Part shown: positions 5,897-13,067 of the stretch, piece by piece
Position numbering within the stretch: the first letter of the stretch is position 1
Layout of the letters: each line of letters begins with the position of its first letter
NCBI GenBank assembly: GCA_964354245.1
Contig: CAYGZI010000001.1
Location: 1 to 36,161 of the forward strand
DNA: 36,161 bases
Source: an uncultured Planctomycetaceae bacterium
Lineage (GTDB): Bacteria > Planctomycetota > Planctomycetia > Pirellulales > Thermoguttaceae
Direction: 5' to 3'
Made by a program: the position numbers and the translations under genes
The notes under the pieces: model-generated
Told to the model about the DNA's origin: nothing
What the model saw: the letters and a program-made list of their open reading frames with translations, nothing else
Databases searched by the model: none

Positions 5897-8605
5897 TTAC
5901 GGTTTCCCCCGCGGCTCCACCCCCAGCAAGTGCCGCACAAAGAAATCCTGCCGCCGGCGGCTGCCGTAAGGGCTCTCGGCCGAGCCGTGGCCGCGCCCGG
6001 TCATGACCACGAGGTCAAAATCCTTGTCGGCCTTGATGAGGGCATTGGCGACCTGCATGGTCGAGGCCGGGTCCACGTTCTCGTCCATCTCGCCCACAAA
6101 GAGCATCAGCTTGCCCTGGAGCCGGTGGGCCTGGGTGACGTTGGACTGCTCCGCGTAGTGCGGGCCGACCGGCCAGCCCATCCATTGCTCGTTCCACCAG
6201 ATCTTGTCCATGCGGTTGTCGTGGCAGCCGCAGTCGGAGACCGCGACCTTGTAGAAGTCGCCGTGGGCCAGGAGGGCCCGGGTCGAGCTTTGCCCGCCGG
6301 CCGAGCCGCCGTAGATGCCCACGCGGCCGGTGTCCATCTGCGGGTACTTCGCCGCGGCGGCCTTGATCCAGAGGATGCGGTCGGGCAAGCCCGAATCGCC
6401 GAGGTTCTTCCAGCACACGTCGTGGAATCGCTTCGAGCGGTTCGACGTGCCCATGCCGTCGATCTTCACCAGTATGAAACCCAGCTCCGCCATGGCCTGC
6501 GGGGAGTGGAAAGGGCGGAAGGGTTTGGGCACAAACGAGCCTTGCGGCCCGGCGTAGATCTCCTCGATGATCGGGTACTTCTTCTTCGGGTCGAAGTTAG
6601 TGGGCCGGAAGATCACGCCGTAGATGTCCGTGGTGCCGTCGCGCCCCTTGGCCACGAACCGTTCCGGCGCCTGCCAGCCGGTCTTCACGAGCTCCGACCA
6701 ATCGGCCCGCTCCAGCCCGCAGGCCAGCTTGCCGTCCTCCGTGCGGCGAAGCTCGATCACGGGCGCCAGGTCCACGCGCGACCAGGTGTCGATGAAGAAC
6801 CGGCGGTCGGGCGAGTACTCGATCGAGTGCGTGCCGTCGCCCTCGGTGAGGATCACCAGGCCCGAGCCGTCGAAGTTGACCCGGCAGTAGTGGACGTAAT
6901 ACGGGTCCTGCCCGGGCCGGATGCCGCCGGCGCGGAACCAGACCTGCCGCTTCTCGTCGTCCACGCGGTCCACGCCGCGCACGGCCCACGGGCCCTTGGT
7001 GATCTGGTTCTTCGCGTTCCTGCCGGAAAAGGGGACAGGCCCCTTTTGTGCAGAGCACCCTTCGGGCCCTTCGGGCAAAAGGGGCCTGTCCCCTTTTCCG
7101 GCGGCGGTGTCGTACAGATAGAGGTGGTTCCAGCCGCCGCGCTCGGACATCCATAGGATCTCGCGGGTCTTGTCGATGTAGTGCGAGAACTGCTTGCCGG
7201 AGTAGTCGATGAAGGTGCGGCACTGTTCGTCGATGATCGGATGGGCCTTGCCGGTGGCGGCGTCCACGGCCACGACGCGGAGCACCTGGTGGCCCCGCTG
7301 GTTGTAGAGGAACGTAAACCGCTTCGAATCGGGCTCCCAGCGCAGGTCGGTGATGCTCCAGGGGTTGGGGAGAAGCTCGTCGCTCACGGGGATTTGCCTG
7401 CGCCCCGGCACGTCGAACAACTGCGGCTTGGCCAGCGGGATGCGGTCGCCCGGCTTGAGGTAGTCATAGGAGTGCAACTTGGGCTGCAGTTGGTCCTTGG
7501 GCGACGACTCGACGTAGTAGACCTTGCGCTCCTCCCCCTTCTTCGTGCGCAATACGGCAATCCGCTTGGAATCCGGCGACCACCAGATGCGGCCGGAGTA
7601 TTCATCGTTGGCAGTGCCGTCGGTGCTCAGGCGGAACTCCTCCCCCTTCTTGAGGTCGCGGACGTAGAGGTTCTGGTCCTTGAAGAACGCCCGCCACTGG
7701 CCGTCGGGCGAGGCGGCCTCGCGCGGCCTGCCCGTCGAAAGTTTCTTGCCCTTGCGCATGGGCTTTCCCGGCGCGGGGCCGGACAAGGGGACAGGCACCT
7801 TTTGTGTGAAACACCCTTCGGGCCCTTCGGGCAAAAGGTGCCTGTCCCCTTCTCCGTCGCCGTCGACGACTGCCGTACCGGGCTCTTCGGTGGCCTCGAA
7901 CGCCGCCAGCACCTTTCCCTGCCGGTCGGTCACGAGCCAGACGTGGCCGGCGAACGTGTGCTGCTGGCGCTCTTGGCCGGCCTGGACCGTGCCGTAGGGC
8001 CTGCGCTCGCCGTCGGCATCGAGCCAGAAGATGTCGACGTCCGCCTTGGTCCGGTTGACGAAGGTGATCGTGGTCTCCGGGCCGGTTCGTCGGCTGGCCT
8101 TTGGCGTCTCCTGGACAGGCAGCGACGGCTTGGCCCCAGGCTTGCCGGCTTTGCTCTCCTTTTTTTGGCGCAGCTCGTAGCTTCGCAGATCGCAGCGCCA
8201 GAGTCTGCCTTCGGACCGTAGCAGCACGACGGGCTCTTTGTCGCTGAACTCGAGCTGCTCGATGGGCAGGCGCTTGGCGTCGATCGGTTTGCCGGCGGCC
8301 TTGGCCAGCGCCGCTGCCAGCCTCGCGTGGTCGAACGCCGGCTGGCGCGTCCCCTTGACCGCATCGACGAGCACGAACTCCCGCTCGCCCCCGGCCAGGT
8401 CGTTGCGGTACCAGAAGCGGGTGTTACCGGCAAACCAGTGCGGCGCCACGCGGGTCTTGAAGACCTTGCCGTCGGTCCGCGCGCGAAGGCTGTTGGCGCG
8501 CTCGTAATCCGACCGCGTGCCCTGCGCCGGCAAGGATGCGGCCAGACCAAGAAGAACAAGCACGCCGGCAGAAGCCAACCGGAGAACACGTGTTGGGGCT
8601 ATCAT
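5897..8605 (-). CDS. S9 family serine peptidase (DPP-IV-like beta-propeller plus prolyl-oligopeptidase catalytic domain), secreted
   Basis: Signal peptide MIAPTRVLRLASAGVLVLLGLAASLPAQG. Propeller repeats (WSPDSKRIA, WEPDSKRF). Nucleophile elbow GIYGGSAGG, acid FVGEMDENV, and His GRGHG. It carries two in-frame palindromic inserts (7022-7102 and 7781-7855). Confidence 0.85.
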   Translation of the reverse strand: MIAPTRVLRLASAGVLVLLGLAASLPAQGTRSDYERANSLRARTDGKVFKTRVAPHWFAGNTRFWYRNDLAGGEREFVLVDAVKGTRQPAFDHARLAAALAKAAGKPIDAKRLPIEQLEFSDKEPVVLLRSEGRLWRCDLRSYELRQKKESKAGKPGAKPSLPVQETPKASRRTGPETTITFVNRTKADVDIFWLDADGERRPYGTVQAGQERQQHTFAGHVWLVTDRQGKVLAAFEATEEPGTAVVDGDGEGDRHLLPEGPEGCFTQKVPVPLSGPAPGKPMRKGKKLSTGRPREAASPDGQWRAFFKDQNLYVRDLKKGEEFRLSTDGTANDEYSGRIWWSPDSKRIAVLRTKKGEERKVYYVESSPKDQLQPKLHSYDYLKPGDRIPLAKPQLFDVPGRRQIPVSDELLPNPWSITDLRWEPDSKRFTFLYNQRGHQVLRVVAVDAATGKAHPIIDEQCRTFIDYSGKQFSHYIDKTREILWMSERGGWNHLYLYDTAAGKGDRPLLPEGPEGCSAQKGPVPFSGRNAKNQITKGPWAVRGVDRVDDEKRQVWFRAGGIRPGQDPYYVHYCRVNFDGSGLVILTEGDGTHSIEYSPDRRFFIDTWSRVDLAPVIELRRTEDGKLACGLERADWSELVKTGWQAPERFVAKGRDGTTDIYGVIFRPTNFDPKKKYPIIEEIYAGPQGSFVPKPFRPFHSPQAMAELGFILVKIDGMGTSNRSKRFHDVCWKNLGDSGLPDRILWIKAAAAKYPQMDTGRVGIYGGSAGGQSSTRALLAHGDFYKVAVSDCGCHDNRMDKIWWNEQWMGWPVGPHYAEQSNVTQAHRLQGKLMLFVGEMDENVDPASTMQVANALIKADKDFDLVVMTGRGHGSAESPYGSRRRQDFFVRHLLGVEPRGKP
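7022..7102. repeat. Family A nested palindromic element, copy 2 (in frame in S9 peptidase)
   Basis: Perfect 27-bp inverted arms 7022-7048 (gccggaaaaggggacaggccccttttg) and 7076-7102. The loop holds the tandem cccttcggg cccttcggg. Total is 81 bp = 27 codons, host peptide AGKGDRPLLPEGPEGCSAQKGPVPFSG. All six frames are stop-free (checked by hand). Confidence 0.9.
7781..7855. repeat. Family A nested palindromic element, copy 3 (in frame in S9 peptidase)
   Basis: Perfect 20-bp arms 7785-7804 (aaggggacaggcaccttttg) and 7832-7851. With one mismatch the pairing extends to 7781-7855, which is 75 bp = 25 codons. It has the same cccttcgggcccttcggg loop as copy 2. Host peptide is GEGDRHLLPEGPEGCFTQKVPVPLS. 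Confidence 0.85.
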
Positions 8606-8687
8606 TGCAGTTTGGCGCCGGGTCGGCCTACTCCTTCAGAACAAATGGTGGGATTCCAATAACGAGTGACGAATGTCGAAACATAAC

Positions 8688-11600
8688 CTACTTGCTTGCC
8701 TCCGCGTCAGCGAAGGCGGCTCTGAAGTCTGATCGCGTCAGGATGGCCAAAGCCCAAATCCCGATCGGAAGGCTCAACGGCCAAGTGAGACTCAGCGGGA
8801 GCATGGCGAGAACGCAGCCAATGGTTGCCCAAAGGGACGACAGCCGATTTCTCGTCTGGACGCCTGCCAGCATCACGAGGACGTTGGGGATGACGAGCAC
8901 CGCGTATAAGCGGGCCAAGTTGGGGAACGCAATTGACTCGTTGATCCATACAAGCGGGGCAAGCGTATAGCCCGCCGCGACCGAACCAAGAAGGTGCGCT
9001 GCCGCCGTCAGGGTTCCGATTGCCCCGGTCACGAACAGTGCAGTCCCGAGTGCCTTGATCCGTTGAGCCAACGAGTCCAAATCGGTCGTCTGCGCGTCGA
9101 ATGCCTCTTCCACCTCCCGTCGGTTCTGTACCATCAGGGCCCAAATCCCCATCGGCAGTCCCAGAAGCCAAGCCGGGTTCCACGGCAGCACCGCGATGAC
9201 AGAACCGGTCAGGGAGAGCCACCGCGACTGGAACCGCTTGAGGCTCCAGCCCCCTAAGATCATCATCACGCCGAGCAGGCACGCTGCAGCCATATAGGCC
9301 ATTCCTCCGAAGACGAATGGAACGAACAAGGATTCCCGCACCCCCGGCCAGACCATTCCTACGACGACCCAAGACGCCGGGATCAGAATAAACGGCAGAG
9401 CGATTGCCAGAGCCCCGGCAACGAGCAAGCCCGTGGCCGGGCCTTTGACTTGATCCGCGGGCGTGCGCACGGCTTCGGCAGCGCGTTGATAGCGGCGCTC
9501 GGACCATTTCTCGCGCGCAGCCGCCGGGCTCCGAAGCTCCTTTTCTCCCGCCGGCCCTGGGGACTCCGCTAATCTGGGCCGCGCCCGGCGGATTGCCAGA
9601 CAGCCCAGGGCGAGGAGCGCAAGCCCCATGGCGAAGGCAATCCACAATCCAGGGCCGCTCCGCTGATGGATGTTCTTGGCGACCCAGTCCACCCCTTCTT
9701 GCACGGGTCGCGTCCCCACGTCCACCCCGTGCCAACTGCCCGCCACTGTCAGCCGCCCCGCTGCGAGACCGACCGGACGGGTCAGACCCCAGAACAGAAT
9801 GCTCGTCACGGCTACGACGATGGCCCCGGCAACGACCATGATGCGGGGCTGCCACGAGCGACCCCGACTGAAGAAGTCCGTCACGAAACACACCAGGAAG
9901 ACGGCGAGAAACGTCAGGCCGGTGACGTTTCCGTACCAGTTCCACGAGGGCGTCAGGGCGCCCCCTGGGCCCCCTACGCCGTACACCCGCGGGATGAGCC
10001 TGACCCATGGCAGATCTGGAATGCGGGTCGCCAGCCCGCCCAGCAAGCAGATGACCAAGGCCCAGAAGCCGACCGTTCCCAGCCGGTAGCGCCGCTCCGT
10101 CTCGTGTGCCGCGGCCAGCCGCCGACGGTGCCGCCGCACGATGGTCCGGATCCCGAGAATCCACGTGGCCAGGAACACCACGACGAGTACCGTGCCGGCA
10201 GAATCGTAGTCCAGTCCAACCGATTGCCCGGTCCTCGTCAGAAGACCACCGCCGACGGGTTCGCTCGTGAACGGCCCGATCTTGATCCCGGAGGGATAGC
10301 TACGTTCAGAGGATTCAGGGTAGTCAACGGGGCGCTGGCCACCTGGGAGGAGCCCGCTGGTCGCTTCCTTCACGAGGCGGATCAGTTCCACGGCCTCCTC
10401 CTGAACGCCGGGCTTGGTGATGTCGATGCCGGCGGCCTTCATCCATTCGGCGACGGATTCCGGCCGGGGTTCATCGCGCGACCTAGTCACCTCTCCGCCG
10501 GGGGCGGTCCAGCGCCATTCCTCGCGGAACAGGTCGGACTCCAGCGTCGCACTGCGCCACGTGTCCAACAGCTCTATCTTCGCTATCCCAGTCCACGGCT
10601 TCTTGGCGATGAGGTCACGTGCGTGCAACCCTCCCCATCCCCAGCCGTACAAGTAACGCTTGCCGCCCAGCCACAACCTGTGATACGCGCCCGACTGAGG
10701 CGCCAGTGAGATCTGCCAGCTCTCGCCGTACGTGTGTGGCCACCAAGCTCTGAAGGCACTCGGCAGCCCAACCCCAAAGAGGCCGACAAGAAGGCCGGTC
10801 CACGCGGCGAGTCTGACGAGCAGCATTGCCCTTCGTCGGAGGCTGCGGCGGCTGGGAGGCATCTCGACCGCCGGTGCGGCCGACGGTCCCGACGGCCGCA
10901 GCGTGCTGCTGATCAGCTCCACCTCCGTCTTCACCTCGCTGGCGTGCTGATAGCGTTGCTCGGGCTCCTTCTCCAAGGCCCGCAGGACCACTTCGTCCAG
11001 GCGCACGTCGATCACGACCTTCTGCGAGGGCGGGGCGAAGCGGCCGATGGGGAGCTCGCCGGTGAGCATCTCGTAGAAGACCACGCCGAGCGAATAGATG
11101 TCGGCCCGGTGATCGACCGCTTGGGGATGCTCTATCTGTTCCGGGGCCATGTAGCTCCAGGTGCCCATCACTTGGCCGGTGCCGGTCAGCGTGAAGGGTT
11201 TCTCGACCGGCGAGACGCCAGTGCTACCGGTAGTGCCCAGGAGCTTGGCCAGGCCGAAGTCGGCGATCTTGACCCGGCCACGCTTGTCCACCAGGATGTT
11301 CTCCGGCTTGATGTCGCGGTGGACAATCCCCTCGTCGTGCGCGAATTGGAGGGCCTCGCAGACTTGCGGCACGATCGCCAGGGCGTCGCGGGGCTGGAGA
11401 TGTCCGGCGCGGAGCATGCGGCGGAGATCCACGCCGTCAACGTATTCCATGACGAAGTAGTACAATGGGCCCTCACCCCCGCCCCCTCTCCCCAAGGGGG
11501 AGAGGGGAGGTTGATCGCCGGCCCCTCTCCCCGGAGCGGAGAGGGGAGTTTGGCCGAAGTCGTAGACCGCCACGATGTTTGGATGGCTCAGCTTGGCCAG

Positions 11601-11960
11601 TGCCCGGGCCTCGCGCGTGAAGCGTTCGGCAAAGGCCGGATCGGCACCCACCTCGCGGGGGAGGATCTTGAGGGCCACCAGCCGATCCAGTCCCGGCTGC
11701 CGGGCCTTGTACACCGCCCCCATGCCGCCGTGGCCCAGGAGATCGAGGATTTCAAGCTGGGGAAACTGCGGGGCCAGTTCTGCCGGGCTGGGCGGGATAA
11801 AATGGCCCGGCGAGCGCGCGCCCGGTTCCGGTTCAGGCCCGGACGGCGCGCTGGCCTCGGTCTCCAGTCGGGCCTTCAGCAGGCACTCGGGGCACAGCCC
11901 CTCAGGGGCGTCCGCCGGCAGTCCCCCCCCACATTGCGGGCAACGGTGCGCTTCCGACAT
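8688..11960 (-). CDS. Ser/Thr protein kinase with N-terminal zinc ribbon and a ~700-aa polytopic membrane C-terminal region
   Basis: Zinc ribbon CPQCGGGL..CPECLL. Kinase motifs GHGGMGAVYKA, VALKIL, HRDIKPENIL, IADFGLAK and SYMAPEQ. Many hydrophobic segments follow. A 26-aa palindromic-repeat insert sits in the beta4-beta5 turn (11471-11549). Confidence 0.9.
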   Translation of the reverse strand: MSEAHRCPQCGGGLPADAPEGLCPECLLKARLETEASAPSGPEPEPGARSPGHFIPPSPAELAPQFPQLEILDLLGHGGMGAVYKARQPGLDRLVALKILPREVGADPAFAERFTREARALAKLSHPNIVAVYDFGQTPLSAPGRGAGDQPPLSPLGRGGGGEGPLYYFVMEYVDGVDLRRMLRAGHLQPRDALAIVPQVCEALQFAHDEGIVHRDIKPENILVDKRGRVKIADFGLAKLLGTTGSTGVSPVEKPFTLTGTGQVMGTWSYMAPEQIEHPQAVDHRADIYSLGVVFYEMLTGELPIGRFAPPSQKVVIDVRLDEVVLRALEKEPEQRYQHASEVKTEVELISSTLRPSGPSAAPAVEMPPSRRSLRRRAMLLVRLAAWTGLLVGLFGVGLPSAFRAWWPHTYGESWQISLAPQSGAYHRLWLGGKRYLYGWGWGGLHARDLIAKKPWTGIAKIELLDTWRSATLESDLFREEWRWTAPGGEVTRSRDEPRPESVAEWMKAAGIDITKPGVQEEAVELIRLVKEATSGLLPGGQRPVDYPESSERSYPSGIKIGPFTSEPVGGGLLTRTGQSVGLDYDSAGTVLVVVFLATWILGIRTIVRRHRRRLAAAHETERRYRLGTVGFWALVICLLGGLATRIPDLPWVRLIPRVYGVGGPGGALTPSWNWYGNVTGLTFLAVFLVCFVTDFFSRGRSWQPRIMVVAGAIVVAVTSILFWGLTRPVGLAAGRLTVAGSWHGVDVGTRPVQEGVDWVAKNIHQRSGPGLWIAFAMGLALLALGCLAIRRARPRLAESPGPAGEKELRSPAAAREKWSERRYQRAAEAVRTPADQVKGPATGLLVAGALAIALPFILIPASWVVVGMVWPGVRESLFVPFVFGGMAYMAAACLLGVMMILGGWSLKRFQSRWLSLTGSVIAVLPWNPAWLLGLPMGIWALMVQNRREVEEAFDAQTTDLDSLAQRIKALGTALFVTGAIGTLTAAAHLLGSVAAGYTLAPLVWINESIAFPNLARLYAVLVIPNVLVMLAGVQTRNRLSSLWATIGCVLAMLPLSLTWPLSLPIGIWALAILTRSDFRAAFADAEASK
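11471..11549. repeat. Family C hairpin repeats, two tandem copies in frame inside the kinase domain
   Basis: Hairpin 1 is 11483-11507 (cccctctcccc-aag-ggggagagggg, 11-bp stem). Hairpin 2 is 11522-11546 (cccctctcc-7 nt-ggagagggg). The flanking ccctcaccccc at 11471-11481 matches the tail of the copy at 18855-18893. Host peptide is PLSAPGRGAGDQPPLSPLGRGGGGEG. Confidence 0.85.
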
Positions 11961-12046
11961 GGCTGTTCTCCGTTGGTAGGAGCCGTTTCTACTACCTACT
12001 GACCGAAATCCGGCGAAAGGTTACAGGGGGAAGGCCAAGGGTTTTT

Positions 12047-12194
12047 ACCGCAGAGGACGCAGAGATCGCAGAGGATGACGGAGATCAGGGAGTTGAAGAG
12101 CCGCGTCTTGCCGGTGGCGACCCCTGTCCGCGTACCATTCTCAACCATTTCCCTTTCTTTGTGAATCCTCTGCGTTCTCTGCGTCCTCTGCGGT
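12047..12194. mobile_element. MITE-like 148-bp element with 29-bp terminal inverted repeats
   Basis: Left arm 12047-12075 is accgcagaggacgcagagatcgcagagga. Right arm 12166-12194 is tcctctgcgttctctgcgtcctctgcggt. 28 of 29 positions are complementary, with 90 bp between the arms. It lies between the ECF sigma stop (12211) and the kinase start (11960). No transposase is present. Confidence 0.55.
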
Positions 12195-12210
12195 TTGTTC
12201 ATTTGCCCAG

Positions 12211-12978
12211 CTAACGGCTTCCCGCCCGCACGGCAGCCAGGAGTGCCCGCCTTTCGTCCTCGACCTCCTCGGGGCCCGCGACCGTCTGGGCGATCTCTTC
12301 CTCCAGCAGCTCGCGGTAGCGTCGTCGCAGGCGGTGGACCGCCACCTTAATTGCCCCTTCGGTCATGGCCAACTCGTCGGCTATCTGCTGGTAGGACTGC
12401 GAGCCTTTGGCGCCGGTGAGAAACTCCTTAAGCCGCTCAAACAAAGCGAGCTTCCCCGCGGCGGCGTGCTCGTCGCGGAGCCGTTTGAGGACCTGCTCCA
12501 GCAGGGCCAGGGCCCAGCGCCTTTCGTACAGCCGTTCGGGCGTCAGTTCGTCGGCCGGGTCCAGGTTGTACCGGCTTTCGGCAGACGGAAAGTCCAACGA
12601 AAGGATGCGCCGCCCCCCGCCGCGTTTTTTCGCCTTCGCTCGGTCCCGCTCGTGGGCCAGGAAGTGCTTCATCGCCGCCAGCAAAAAAGAGCGGAAGCGG
12701 CCGCGCCGCGGGTCAACGACCGCCAAGTACTTCTTCTCCAACAGCCGGGCGAAGAACTCCTGCGTCAGGTCCTGGGCGTCGGGAGCCGAATAGCCTTCGC
12801 GGCGCACAAAGGCGTACAGCGGGAACCAGTAGCTCTCGCAGAGCGTCGCCAGGGCACGTCTGGACGCGGTTGAGCCGCGGCGGCCCGCACCGAGCACCAG
12901 GCTCCAATGGGTCGTGGCGAACCGGCCCGCACCGGGCCCGACCGAAGCCTGTCGGCCCTCGTCGCCGGAGTGCGCCAT
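12211..12978 (-). CDS. ECF-type sigma factor with no adjacent anti-sigma, followed by a Ser/Thr kinase
   Basis: Region 2 is DAQDLTQEFFARLLEK..FRSFLLAAMKHFLAHERDR. Region 4 is SYQQIADELAMTEGAIKVAVHRLRRR. I placed the start at ATG 12978 (MAHSGDEG), because the longer ORF (to 13071) reads through REP copy 2. Confidence 0.8.
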   Translation of the reverse strand: MAHSGDEGRQASVGPGAGRFATTHWSLVLGAGRRGSTASRRALATLCESYWFPLYAFVRREGYSAPDAQDLTQEFFARLLEKKYLAVVDPRRGRFRSFLLAAMKHFLAHERDRAKAKKRGGGRRILSLDFPSAESRYNLDPADELTPERLYERRWALALLEQVLKRLRDEHAAAGKLALFERLKEFLTGAKGSQSYQQIADELAMTEGAIKVAVHRLRRRYRELLEEEIAQTVAGPEEVEDERRALLAAVRAGSR

Positions 12979-13025
12979 AGGCTGATCACGCCTTCTGATG
13001 GGAGATGAATCATCGTGGCAGAGAA

Positions 13026-13058
13026 AGACTCCCGAAGTCTTGAAGACTTCGGAAGTCT
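13026..13058. repeat. Family B REP-like hairpin, copy 2
   Basis: agactcccgaagtcttgaagacttcggaagtct lies between the DUF885 stop (13068) and the ECF sigma start (12978). Confidence 0.8.
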
Positions 13059-13067
13059 CTTTGGTGA

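Noticed and set aside
5825-7156. 443-aa ORF on the + strand, plus similar long ORFs at 7181-8221, 10734-12002, 13875-14891, 15167-16243, 16554-17954, 24034-25296, 28197-30167, 30478-31698, 31835-32983 and 33234-34529
   Set aside because: All are antisense or off-frame to ORFs with clear catalytic motifs. They have the Arg/Pro/Gly/Ala-heavy, motif-free composition expected of spurious open frames in ~70% GC DNA.
11996-12202. 68-aa ORF (MNKPQRTQRTQRIHKE...LCDLCVLCG)
   Set aside because: It is encoded entirely by the inverted-repeat arms and interior of the MITE-like element. The repetitive peptide reflects the repeat, and there is no RBS.
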